Both the position numbers and the translations under genes were made by a program. DNA of 64,000 nt from Vulcanimicrobiota bacterium. Lineage in GTDB: Bacteria; Vulcanimicrobiota; Vulcanimicrobiia; Vulcanimicrobiales; Vulcanimicrobiaceae. Positions 49,203 to 58,426 of the stretch are shown piece after piece. Positions within the stretch are counted from its first letter, which is position 1. Every line of letters starts with the position of its first letter. The notes under the pieces are model-generated. The model searched no databases and was not told where the DNA came from. It worked only from the letters and a program-made list of their open reading frames with translations. Where the stretch lies: positions 284,501-348,500 of the forward strand of contig OY968762.1 in the NCBI GenBank assembly GCA_963695225.1, read 5' to 3'.

Positions 49203-49603
49203 GTGTCAACGGCAGCGACTGAAGACGGCACGTTGCTTTAGTGTTTCGCAATGGACAATGCGTAACGACTTCGTGCTCGTGGAGGGCACCCCGATTCTTA
49301 CGCCAGCGGGACCACAATTTCGAGCCGCCTAAACGGCTCGTTCTACGGAGGTCCCCATGGCCCGCAAACGACACTCCCCCGAGTCGATCGCGAAGGTCCT
49401 ACGTCAAGCCGAGTCCGGCGTTCCGATCGGCGAACTCGCGCGCAAGACCGGAGTCCACGAGAACACGGTCCATCCTCGGCGGGCAGCTAAAATCGCACAC
49501 CTGGGGGCACTTCAAAACCGCACACTACCCGGTGGGCAGTTCAAAATCGCACACCTGATGTAGCCTCGGGCACGCCAAGGGTGGCAGCGCGAACAGCGTT
49601 GCC

Positions 49604-51172
49604 ATGAACGTACTGGACGTGGCCGATCGAGACCGTATTCTGAACCTGCTGCGCAAGCGCTGGAGCATCCGGCACGTCGCGCGCGAAACCGGACACCGGC
49701 ACGAAACGATCCGCCGTTACGGGGTCGAGGCCGGCATCCTGGCGCCAAGGCCGGCAAAAGGTACCACCCCGGCCGAAGTGGCCGCCGACCCAAAACCGCA
49801 CACCGAGCCCGAAGTGCCCACCGGGTCGGCTCCAAAACCGCACACCGAGCCCGAAGTGCCCACCGGGTCGACGCGCAGCAGCGCCGAGCCGTTTCGGGAG
49901 TTCATCGAGGCAGAATTGCGCAAGGGCCGCAACGCCAAGGCGATCTTCCAAGACCTGGTCCTGCATCGCGGTCACACCGGCTCCTACGACGCGGTGAAGC
50001 GGCTGGCTCGCACGTTGCGAAAGCGCGAACCGAAGATCAGTTGCCGCTTCGAAACCGACCCTGGTCAAGAAGCCCAGGTCGATTACGGCGAAGGCGCGCC
50101 TGCGCGCGATCCGCGCACCGGCAAGTATCGCAAACCGCGCCTGTTTGTGATGACGCTTGGCAACAGCCGCCACGCGTTTCGCAAAGTCGTCTGGACCTCG
50201 TCGACGGAGATCTGGTGCCGGCTGCACGAGGAAGCATTCGCGTACTTCGGCGGCGCGACGCACACGATTCGCCTCGACAATCTCAAAGAGGGCGTTCTTA
50301 AGCCCGACGTTTGGGACCCGCAGCTCAATCCGCTCTACGCCAAGCTGCTCGAACATTACGGCGTTGTTCCGCTACCCTGTCGGCCGCACGCTCCCGATCT
50401 CAAGGGCAAAGTTGAATCGGCGGTCGGCTATACGCAAGGCACGGCCCTGAAGGGAAAGCGCTTTGAGAGCATCGAGGACGAGAACGCGCATCTGTTCCAG
50501 TGGAACGAGAACTGCGCGGCAACGCGAATCCACGGCACGACCAAGCGGCAAGTGCGGGCGATGTTCGAAGAGGAGCGGTCGCATCTCTTGCCGCTGCCGG
50601 CCAGGCGCTTTGAGTACTACCGCATCTGCGAGCGGACGGTGCACTTTGACGGCTACATCGAAGTCGACGCTGCCTACTACTCGGCGCCGCCGCGCTACGT
50701 TGGTAGCAAGGTGGTCGTGCACGTCGGCAGGCTGTGGCTGCGCATCGTTGATCGCACGACGCACGAATGCCTGCGCGAGCACACGATCGCGCTGCAGAAA
50801 GGCCAGCGCCGGACGCACGAGGCCGATCGCCCGCGGCAGACGCCGATCAGGGTCGAGAAACTGGCCGCTCGGATCGCCGGAGCGGGGCCCGGCTGCGCGG
50901 CCTTTGCGCAAAAGCTGATCGACACTCGCGGCGCGATCGCTCTGCGCGCGCTCTATGGGATGCTGGACCTGCTGCGCCGCTACGGAGCCGACGACGTCGA
51001 CCAGGCATGTGCGTTTGCGGCACGATCGGGGATCTCGAGCTTTCGGTTCGTTCGAACATATCTCCAGCACCACGCAACGCCGCTGAAACTCAAAGGTGAG
51101 CATCACATCATTCCGGAGATCGCGATCTACACAACGCACTTCGCCACCGTTACGCAAGGAGCAACCCCATGA
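49604..51172 (+). CDS. istA: IS21-family transposase IstA
   Basis: 522 aa with an N-terminal HTH and a DDE integrase core (QVDYGE..., typical IstA layout). Overlaps istB by 4 nt. Confidence 0.9.
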   Translation: MNVLDVADRDRILNLLRKRWSIRHVARETGHRHETIRRYGVEAGILAPRPAKGTTPAEVAADPKPHTEPEVPTGSAPKPHTEPEVPTGSTRSSAEPFREFIEAELRKGRNAKAIFQDLVLHRGHTGSYDAVKRLARTLRKREPKISCRFETDPGQEAQVDYGEGAPARDPRTGKYRKPRLFVMTLGNSRHAFRKVVWTSSTEIWCRLHEEAFAYFGGATHTIRLDNLKEGVLKPDVWDPQLNPLYAKLLEHYGVVPLPCRPHAPDLKGKVESAVGYTQGTALKGKRFESIEDENAHLFQWNENCAATRIHGTTKRQVRAMFEEERSHLLPLPARRFEYYRICERTVHFDGYIEVDAAYYSAPPRYVGSKVVVHVGRLWLRIVDRTTHECLREHTIALQKGQRRTHEADRPRQTPIRVEKLAARIAGAGPGCAAFAQKLIDTRGAIALRALYGMLDLLRRYGADDVDQACAFAARSGISSFRFVRTYLQHHATPLKLKGEHHIIPEIAIYTTHFATVTQGATP

Positions 51173-51933
51173 CCAACGACGAACTCGACCGCGCTCTGCG
51201 GCAACTGCGCATGAGCGGCATGGCCGACGCCGTTCCGATCCGAACGCAGCAGGCCCGTGCTGAGAACCTCGGCCCGCTCGATTTCATCAGCTTACTCGTG
51301 CACGATGAGCTGCAGCGGCGGCGGGATCGACTCATCGAGCGCCGCGTCAAGGCCGCCGGCTTTCGCGACCAGAGAACGCTCGACACGTTCGACTGGAAAT
51401 TCAACACGCTCGATCGCGCGCTCATCTTCGAACTGGCCAACGGGCGCTTTATCGAACAACACGAGGACGTTCTGTTACTCGGCAACGCCGGCGTTGGGAA
51501 AAGCCATATCGCGCAGGCGATCGGCATGGCCGCTATTCATGCTGGTTTCCGCGTATTGTACCGCGAGGCGCACGCGCTCTTCGAAGACTTCCTTCTCGCT
51601 GGCGCGACCGGCGAGCGCGGCACCGCGATCGCGACCTTTAGCGAGATACCCTTGCTCATCATCGACGACTTGGGGATGCGCAAACTCCCCGCCAACGCAG
51701 CCGAGGATTTGCTCGAAATCGTCATGCGACGCTACGAGCGAGCATCGACGATTCTGACCTCGAACCGACCGCTCGACGATTGGCCTAAGCTCTTCGGCGA
51801 CACGCCCGCCGTTGCGGCCTTTCTCGACCGGCTAATGCATCATTCGCATCTGATCGAGATTCGCGGCAAGAGTTATCGGCTCCACGAGCACAGCATCGCG
51901 GCCCGCCACCGGAAGGCAAAGGCGAGCGCGTAG
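51169..51933 (+). CDS. istB: IS21-family helper ATPase IstB
   Basis: GNAGVGKSH Walker A and LLIIDDLG Walker B; DnaC-like AAA+. Confidence 0.9.
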   Translation: MTNDELDRALRQLRMSGMADAVPIRTQQARAENLGPLDFISLLVHDELQRRRDRLIERRVKAAGFRDQRTLDTFDWKFNTLDRALIFELANGRFIEQHEDVLLLGNAGVGKSHIAQAIGMAAIHAGFRVLYREAHALFEDFLLAGATGERGTAIATFSEIPLLIIDDLGMRKLPANAAEDLLEIVMRRYERASTILTSNRPLDDWPKLFGDTPAVAAFLDRLMHHSHLIEIRGKSYRLHEHSIAARHRKAKASA

Positions 51934-52227
51934 CCAACGATTGCGACAAACATCACTCAGCCCGAGGCGTGCGGTTTTCAACTGCCCACGGGTGTGCGGT
52001 TTTGAGCTGCCCCCTGAGGCGGTCCATCTCTGGAAGAAGAAATACGGGACGCTCGGCACGCCCGAGCGTCGCGAGATGAACGAGCTGCGTGACGAGAACA
52101 CGCGACTCAAGCGTCTGGTAGCCGATCTCACCCTCGACAAGCTGATGCTCCAGGATGTGCTCTCAAGGAAGCTCTGAAGCCGGCCAAGCAGCGCGTCCTA
52201 GCCGGCGAACTCCAAGCAGAGTACGGC

Positions 52228-53043
52228 GTGAGCCAACGGCACGTCTGCGAAGCGCTGCGGTTCAATCGGAAATCAATCCAGTACAAGCCGAAGACCAGCG
52301 CCGTCAAAGAAGTGCTGCGCGGCCGCATCAAAGAGCTAGCGCAGGCGCGCGTGCGATATGGGTATCGACGGATCCACGTGTTGCTTCGCCGCGAGGGTTG
52401 GAAGGTCAATCCAAAGCGCATTGCTCGGCTATACCGCCAAGAAGGCCTGAGTTTGCGGGCAAAGGGTCCGAAGCGACGTAGCCGGTCCGCGGTTCAGCGC
52501 GTTCGAATTGCCGCGACGCAGGCGAACCATGTGTGGAGCATGGACTTCATGCATGATGGGCTGATGGGTGAAGATCGTAAGACGTTCCGCCTGCTGACGA
52601 TCGTCGACATTTTCACGCGCGAATGCCTTGCGCCCGAAGTCGCGAAGGGCTTCAGCGCTCGAGATGTCGTCGGTGTTCTAACACGGCTTGTCAGCCGGCG
52701 AGGGGCGCCGATCGCCATCCGCTGCGATCAAGGCACGGAGTTCACGGCGGAAGCGCTCGACCAACGGGCGTACAATAACCGCATCGAGCTCGACTTCTCA
52801 CGTCCTGGAAAGCCAACCGACAACGCCTTCGCCGAGGCGTTCAACGCGAGTGTCCGCAAAGAGTTGCTCAACACGTCCTGGTTTGATACGTTAGAAACGG
52901 CCCGTCGAGCGGCGCGGTCGTGGCGACGAGAATACAACGAGGTTCGCCCACACCGGTCGCTGGCCAACGAAACGCCGCAAGCCTTTGCCCTATCGGAAAA
53001 GCGGCGAAATGAACCCCAAGAGCCACAAAGCCCGTTGGCGTAA
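52228..53043 (+). CDS. IS3-family transposase OrfB (DDE/rve domain)
   Basis: HVWSMDFMHD...TIVDIFTRE...CDQGTEFT...RPHRSL integrase-core pattern. The frame is open upstream to ~52163 and is -1 relative to the orfA end, consistent with OrfAB frameshift fusion. Confidence 0.85.
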   Translation: MSQRHVCEALRFNRKSIQYKPKTSAVKEVLRGRIKELAQARVRYGYRRIHVLLRREGWKVNPKRIARLYRQEGLSLRAKGPKRRSRSAVQRVRIAATQANHVWSMDFMHDGLMGEDRKTFRLLTIVDIFTRECLAPEVAKGFSARDVVGVLTRLVSRRGAPIAIRCDQGTEFTAEALDQRAYNNRIELDFSRPGKPTDNAFAEAFNASVRKELLNTSWFDTLETARRAARSWRREYNEVRPHRSLANETPQAFALSEKRRNEPQEPQSPLA

Positions 53044-53070
53044 CGAATGGGGCACCTCCACATATGCGAT

Positions 53071-55575
53071 CTATCCCTGCAGTTGCTGTCTTTTTGCGTC
53101 TAAGAACTCAAGCGTACTTTCAAACTCCAACCACTGCGCTGCATGTTCCAGCTCGCGAATCCCATGCCTACCGCAAATATACTTCGTACACGCAACTAGA
53201 TGCGCATAGACCCCCATGTTCTCCGCTTCAGCCTGCATTTGCGACAGTAAGCAATCCAAGAGGCGCTCCTCGCCACGCCTCCAGTGAACTAGGGCTACAG
53301 CCTGTAATGCGAAGAGCCGGCCAGCTCTATATCCAGCCCTATCCTGGACTTGCAACGCTCGGGCCGCTGTAGCAAGAGCATCGGAAATACGGTCCAGCAT
53401 CAACTCGGAAATCGCCATGGCCGCCAATGCTTTGCCTGCCTCAATAGGTGCGCCTACAGCTTCATTAGCTTGAACAGCAGATAGCGCCAAATCAAGTGCT
53501 TCCTGCGGCGCACGCCAACAGAGTGTTTCGACTCTATTGGTAAGCGCCTTCGCGATCATCGCCTCACAACTCGCAGCCTCCGCCGTATCAAGAGCGCTGC
53601 CATAGCATCCTAAGGCCGCCTCGTGAAGATGATTAAAGCGCCGATTATGACCTTTGAAGCGCCAGCACTCCGCAACCCAAATAGAGTCATCGCGCCGTTC
53701 TCGCAGTGCTTCATCGAAGATAGCATCCGCCTCCCGAAACCTGCCGCGGATCATCTCGATGTCGCCTAGCTGCCTGCGCGCTGCACAACGATTGCTAGCC
53801 CCAAGTGCGCCGTTGGCGGCGATATTCGCGATGTCCACATAGACCGCAGCTGCAGCGCCGTAATTCCCGAGAAGATGCGCGGTATGAGCGCTAAGGTATC
53901 TGTAAAGCGGCCGCCAATCCTGTAGACGATCTTCAAATTCGGCGAGCCTCGCGTAAGACCGCGACGCTTCCTCGAGCCGGCCCTCCTTGCGAAAGCAGTA
54001 TGCTTGTAACAATAGCAGTCGCAAATCGATTTTTGAGGGGCCGACGGCGACCGAACCGCTGAACCTGCCCGCCAGATAGCTTTCAAGGACGCCGGCGACC
54101 CATATCCATCGGCCCGCCTCGATGCCGTCGAGAAGCGTTTCGACCACTGGTTCCCAGCGCGCCCTTTGATCGTCTGCGGCATGGAGTGGAAATCGCCGTA
54201 GAAGGCTCATGTAGGCCTCGGTAAGCCACATTTGTCTCTGAGCGTCGTTACCATGTTCCCGGGATTCCATCAGCTGCTCTTGGAGCGAGCGAACGACGCC
54301 GGCTAGAATAACAGACATCGGCCTAGCTGCCAGATGCATGGCAAACGTACTCTGCATTGCGTACAAGCCGAGTTGTGCGTCAACGACATCGCTATATGAT
54401 ATCGCACAGAATTCATCAAAAAGAGATAACGGCACAGGAAGATTCAAATTACGAACAATTGCCGCGAACAGCTCGCTGTCGAACTTGACTACGAGCGCTA
54501 TTGCGCGAGCAGCGTGACGCATTCCTTGGTCCAGATGACTCAAGAAACGGTCGATCACATCGCCCTGATGCAGAGCAAAGTCCGCGGCCTTGACCGCGCT
54601 TCCATTAGCCTTCTCGATCAAATAAGTTGAGGCACATAAGTCAAGATAGAGCGGTACCCCGGCAGATACGCTAATGATGGCATCTCGAATGTCCGGTTCG
54701 AGCACTGGAATGCCCGTGAGGTACTGTTCCGCATCGGCGCGTGCCAAGGCGCCCAACAGGTGCTGCTCGAGTACTTCGTCCCATTCCGGGTTCCATTCGC
54801 TCCAGCGGATAAATTCACGTGAGCCGATTACGAATAGGGAGCGTTCGGATGCCCCAATGAGCTCTTGTACCCAGGCATCGAGCCGTTGCTTCGTGCTGTT
54901 GAATTGTTGCCTCTTGTGAAGGGCCTCAAATGAGTCTAGAAAGAGAACGGCGTGCGCATCGGTTAGGAGCAAACCGCGTGCGATGTCATCGGCAAGATAA
55001 AACGGAACCTTCATTACTAGATCCTCTTCAGAGAGCAAGTCTATGGTCTCAAACTCTTCTCTTAGCGAGGTGAGATGTTGTCGGACAAACGCATTTGCGC
55101 GCCCAGCAAGTTTGCGGAATAGTTTGAAGACGGGAATCACGCCTACGGCCTCAGCAGCAACGTCGATGGCGTCTAAGAGAAGGCTGTTCTCGCCGAGAAG
55201 TGACTTGTTCAGGTTTCGAAGCTCCTCTCCAGATAGCTGAAGCGCGCGCGCAACAGCGTACTCGAAGCGGTAGCACGGAATGCCTAACTGACGGCGAATC
55301 TCCAGAAGTAGGTCGATAGGGCTCCTGAGGAGCGGATTCTCGCAGTCCACGGACGCAAGACGGACGCCATGACGAGGGATGTTCTCTTTTAGCTCGTGTA
55401 TTAGCGCTGACTTGCCGATGCCACCAGCGCCGTAAAACGTTAGCACTCTAAGGGAAGCCGTGCCATGTGTTATGGAAGCGAACAGGCGATTGAATGCTGC
55501 TTGCGCAGTCTCTCTGTCGGTAAACCGTTTGGTTGCCGGGTCCTTTAGAAGGCCTTTATACTTGCTTAACGTCAT
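53071..55575 (-). CDS. STAND NTPase (NB-ARC-like) with C-terminal TPR-like repeats
   Basis: FYGAGGIGKSAL Walker A ~40 aa from the N-terminus, VLFLDSFE Walker B, and SAGVPLYLDL (equivalent to the NB-ARC GxP/GLPL motif). A ~400-aa helical-repeat C-terminus follows. There is no N-terminal effector domain. Confidence 0.75.
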   Translation of the reverse strand: MTLSKYKGLLKDPATKRFTDRETAQAAFNRLFASITHGTASLRVLTFYGAGGIGKSALIHELKENIPRHGVRLASVDCENPLLRSPIDLLLEIRRQLGIPCYRFEYAVARALQLSGEELRNLNKSLLGENSLLLDAIDVAAEAVGVIPVFKLFRKLAGRANAFVRQHLTSLREEFETIDLLSEEDLVMKVPFYLADDIARGLLLTDAHAVLFLDSFEALHKRQQFNSTKQRLDAWVQELIGASERSLFVIGSREFIRWSEWNPEWDEVLEQHLLGALARADAEQYLTGIPVLEPDIRDAIISVSAGVPLYLDLCASTYLIEKANGSAVKAADFALHQGDVIDRFLSHLDQGMRHAARAIALVVKFDSELFAAIVRNLNLPVPLSLFDEFCAISYSDVVDAQLGLYAMQSTFAMHLAARPMSVILAGVVRSLQEQLMESREHGNDAQRQMWLTEAYMSLLRRFPLHAADDQRARWEPVVETLLDGIEAGRWIWVAGVLESYLAGRFSGSVAVGPSKIDLRLLLLQAYCFRKEGRLEEASRSYARLAEFEDRLQDWRPLYRYLSAHTAHLLGNYGAAAAVYVDIANIAANGALGASNRCAARRQLGDIEMIRGRFREADAIFDEALRERRDDSIWVAECWRFKGHNRRFNHLHEAALGCYGSALDTAEAASCEAMIAKALTNRVETLCWRAPQEALDLALSAVQANEAVGAPIEAGKALAAMAISELMLDRISDALATAARALQVQDRAGYRAGRLFALQAVALVHWRRGEERLLDCLLSQMQAEAENMGVYAHLVACTKYICGRHGIRELEHAAQWLEFESTLEFLDAKRQQLQG

Positions 55576-56558
55576 CGCGATGGCCGATCGTTCACTTTAG
55601 CGCATTGGGTGGCTGAGGCGTCTAGCAGTAGTCGGTGTCGAGGAATAGCCGAGTCGAGATTGGTGGCTTTGGATGAGTAATGTGAATGCAAGTCGCTGAA
55701 CAGTCCGCGGTATCGGGTTACTGCGGGAGGAAGGCCAGCGTTAAGCGGATGTTTCTCTGTTAAGCCGTCGCGCCACGTAAGAGTGATAGATTCCTGAGAA
55801 TGATCTAAGGTGACGTCGCAGTGTTCGTAGTAAAGCGTCGTTGTCTTAGAATTGACATTTAGGGTCCAACTCGTGTCGATGTGAACGATAAACCCTTCTG
55901 AAGGAGTCTTTCCGCTCAGAAGAGCGTTACCCGCGATTTGCGTACATGGTAATTCGCGCAGGCTGATCATCGTTGATGAGAGCATTACGAGAGTCGCATC
56001 GGCAAGAATCTCGTCAAGGACGGTTAATGCATTAATTCCGCTATCTAGCCAAGATCCACTCAGACTCTTCCCTGCGGCGAGGGCGTCACCGTTCGCGATA
56101 TACGGATCGTAGAAGCGACAACTCACTGCTTTCAGAGAACCCAGGGTTGACTTCAGGTGCCTGCAGATCTGCTTCCATCGGAGGATTTCGACGCCAAAGG
56201 CGAAGTGAAACATCGCATAGATCGTGGCCGATTCATGAGCGGAGAGGCGCTCGAGTTCGGCAAGGTCGGCCGCATTAGAGACGAGCGGCTTCTCAACCGC
56301 TGTGCGGCGGCCGGCAGAAAGTGCCGTCTTAAGATGCTGGAAGTGCGTGTCCGTTGGCGATGAGATGACGATCACATCGGCCGGTGAAGAGTCGATCAAA
56401 TGCTGAGCTGTACGATGCCTCGTGATAGACTGCGGGAGGGCTTGCATTCGGGCGACTTCTGGGTCGTAAGCATCGGTGATTTGGATCTGGGGCAAGAGTG
56501 ATAGTGCACGCAGATAATACTCCGTAACCTTGCCTACGCCAAGCAACGCAATATTCAT
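55572..56558 (-). CDS. Gfo/Idh/MocA-family NAD(P)-dependent oxidoreductase
   Basis: N-terminal Rossmann loop MNIALLGVGKV and the family-typical EKPL motif, in 328 aa. The stop overlaps the STAND start by 4 nt. Confidence 0.7.
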   Translation of the reverse strand: MNIALLGVGKVTEYYLRALSLLPQIQITDAYDPEVARMQALPQSITRHRTAQHLIDSSPADVIVISSPTDTHFQHLKTALSAGRRTAVEKPLVSNAADLAELERLSAHESATIYAMFHFAFGVEILRWKQICRHLKSTLGSLKAVSCRFYDPYIANGDALAAGKSLSGSWLDSGINALTVLDEILADATLVMLSSTMISLRELPCTQIAGNALLSGKTPSEGFIVHIDTSWTLNVNSKTTTLYYEHCDVTLDHSQESITLTWRDGLTEKHPLNAGLPPAVTRYRGLFSDLHSHYSSKATNLDSAIPRHRLLLDASATQCAKVNDRPSR

Positions 56559-56826
56559 GATTCTCGTCGACCGGAGCCTTTCGAGTTCGACCGTGATTCG
56601 TGGTTGAGGACGCTAAGGGAGCAGCACGCTGGTCGAGTGCGAGTAAGCGGCGCTTCGCGGCGGGGGCATTCGGTTCCGGCCAGCCAATGCGAGGGCGAGC
56701 TTGTTGGGTTCAACCGAACATAGCCGAAGGTGGCAGTCGGGCCGTGAGCGCAGGCGATCAGGTCGTAGGGGCCAACGAGGTGCATGAGCTCAAGCGCCGG
56801 TTGTCGAGTCGCAACGACTAACGATT

Positions 56827-57525
56827 CTAGCACTGGGCGCTGTGCCAGTGGCCGAGCGCGAGGTAATCGAGGCGCCCGCGGGAGGCCGCGTCTAGGGGGA
56901 TCGGAAATGAGCCGCGCTGCTCGCCTTCCGATGTCTCGATCGTGCCGGAGATCTGCAGTTCGCCGTGCGCGAGGCCGACGCGGATCGCTCCCGGCGGCGT
57001 GTCGTGGCCCGCGTACCATGCGGTCGGGTCCTCGGTGCTGTACTTCTTCAGGCAGGGAGACGCGAGCAGGACGCCGCCGCCGGGGAGGTCGTAGGCGCGC
57101 GGCTCGCGGATCGTCACGACGTTCGCTCCGTCCAGCGTCTGCCAGGCCGCGCCGGCGTACGGGCCGTCGAGCCCGCCCGGATCGTGATTGCCGGGGAGGA
57201 TGTAGACCGGCATCTTCGCGCGCCGCAGCGCGCCCGCGACCTGCCCGATCTCGGCGGCGCGCGGCGTGCGCTCTTCGAACTGATCCCCGGCGACGAGGAT
57301 GAAGTCCACCTGCTGCTGGTTGGCGACGTCGACGATCCGCTCGACGGTCCTCCGCCGCGCCTCGCGCACGGCGCCGGCCTTGTCGCCGGCCTGCAAGCAC
57401 TTCATCCCGATTTGCCAGTCCGCGGTATGCAAGAACCTCAGGGGTGATCCTCCGTTGCCGATGCATGCACTGTTCCCGGGCTCTATATCGGGGCCGGGGG
57501 CGTGTCGTGCATCACCGTACGCCAC
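56827..57525 (-). pseudogene. truncated second copy of the sbcD-like gene (first 232 codons)
   Basis: The translation differs from the 46331..47536 product at about a dozen of 232 positions. It stops (..HWHSAQC*) exactly where nucleotide homology to copy A ends. Confidence 0.85.
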
Positions 57526-57636
57526 GCACGCGTCGCACGGTTGACGTACGCATACCAGAGGTTATCGGCGGCAGCTTGTTCCGCATCGAGGAATTCTCGA
57601 AACGCCCGTTCTCGAGCGGTGTAGTGCGTAGTGCGA
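56828..57636. repeat. direct repeat copy B (~0.8 kb)
   Basis: See copy A (46838..47646). Confidence 0.9.
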
Positions 57637-57903
57637 AAGAGAGTCTGCAGCCTCAATCTGGCGCGCGCGAATGTAGCGGCCCCAAGAACCGTTACTGCCA
57701 AGAGCGGATGTCTCTGCCGGCGGCATAGACGGGGCTGCCTCTGGTGCACTTCTGGTACACTTTCGGGCGTCGGAGCCGCCTCCAGCGCATTCCGCCGGAT
57801 CGTCGCCCGATGATTGTCCCGGGCGGTCCGCCTGCCGAGCCAACTCAAGGGGCTGCTAGCCCAGGCACATGAGACCGCAACGGCTCTCGAAAGCGCTGGG
57901 CTA

Positions 57904-57939
57904 GAAAAACTTTGGCCTCTGCATTCGCAGAGGCCAAAG
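57904..57939 (-). terminator. Rho-independent terminator-like hairpin (minus strand)
   Basis: A perfect 13-bp stem, ctttggcctctgc / gcagaggccaaag, with a 4-nt loop (57910-57939). On the minus strand it is followed by TTTTTC. It lies ~110 nt downstream of the MazF-like gene. Confidence 0.6.
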
Positions 57940-58045
57940 TCCCGGCTCTCCCGGGGGAACGACGTGATTGTACCACATCTCGGGCAACTGTCGGCGCTCG
58001 CCTACTCGCTTTTCTTTGGCGGTTAGATGCAACTCGCGAGTCGCC

Positions 58046-58426
58046 CTAGACCGATCGCGTGCAGCAGGGCGCGCCTAAGTTCATCGAGTGCCTCGTGGAG
58101 AGGCTGACGGTCGGAATGTACTTGCCGCGCACTCGCACGCGGTCGAGGCGCTCGAAACGGACATGTGCTAGCAGGTCCGCTTTCGCCCAAGTGTCGACGG
58201 GGCCGAAACAAGCATAGCTACCCGGCGGAAAATGAACGTGGATTGGCTTGATCGGCCTGGGCGGCGCCGTACTGACAGGGACTACCAACGCTATCGGTGC
58301 CCCGGCATTTCGCGGTGAAACGACGACAACACGCCGCAGCTTTACCATTTCCGGCGCGACATAACCCGCGAAGTCGCACATCCAGACTTCACCGGGCGAT
58401 GGGATAATATTCGGTGGGAGCGACAT
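58046..58426 (-). CDS. PemK/MazF-like toxin-fold protein (no adjacent antitoxin recognised)
   Basis: PSPGEVWMCDF....PEMVKLRRVVVVSP matches the N-terminal SH3-like strand pattern of PemK/MazF-family proteins. Confidence 0.55.
   Translation of the reverse strand: MSLPPNIIPSPGEVWMCDFAGYVAPEMVKLRRVVVVSPRNAGAPIALVVPVSTAPPRPIKPIHVHFPPGSYACFGPVDTWAKADLLAHVRFERLDRVRVRGKYIPTVSLSTRHSMNLGAPCCTRSV

Larger units (their letters stand above)
49474..52019 (+). mobile_element. IS21-family insertion sequence with 8-bp target duplication CGGTCCAT
   Basis: The ends are cctcggcgggcagctaaaatcgcacacc and, for the right end in reverse complement, cctcagggggcagctcaaaaccgcacacc. Flanking direct repeats cggtccat lie at 49466-49473 and 52020-52027. 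Reiterated terminal motifs lie at 49481-49501, 49505-49525, 49534-49555, 51969-51987 and 51991-52013. Confidence 0.9.
49357..52177 (+). pseudogene. IS3-family orfA split by IS21 insertion
   Basis: Codons 1-39 (49357..49473, ...GVHENTVH) continue exactly at 52028 (LWKKKYGT...LQDVLSRKL*) once the IS21 element and one copy of the 8-bp duplication are removed. Confidence 0.85.
49280..53060 (+). mobile_element. IS3-family insertion sequence (disrupted by a nested IS21-family element)
   Basis: ~40-bp terminal inverted repeats: left tggagggcaccccgattcttacgccagcggg, and right (reverse complement) tggaggtgccccattcgttacgccaacggg. Internal orfA (HTH) and orfB (DDE/rve) lie in a -1 frame relationship. 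It would be ~1.23 kb without the insert. Confidence 0.85.
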
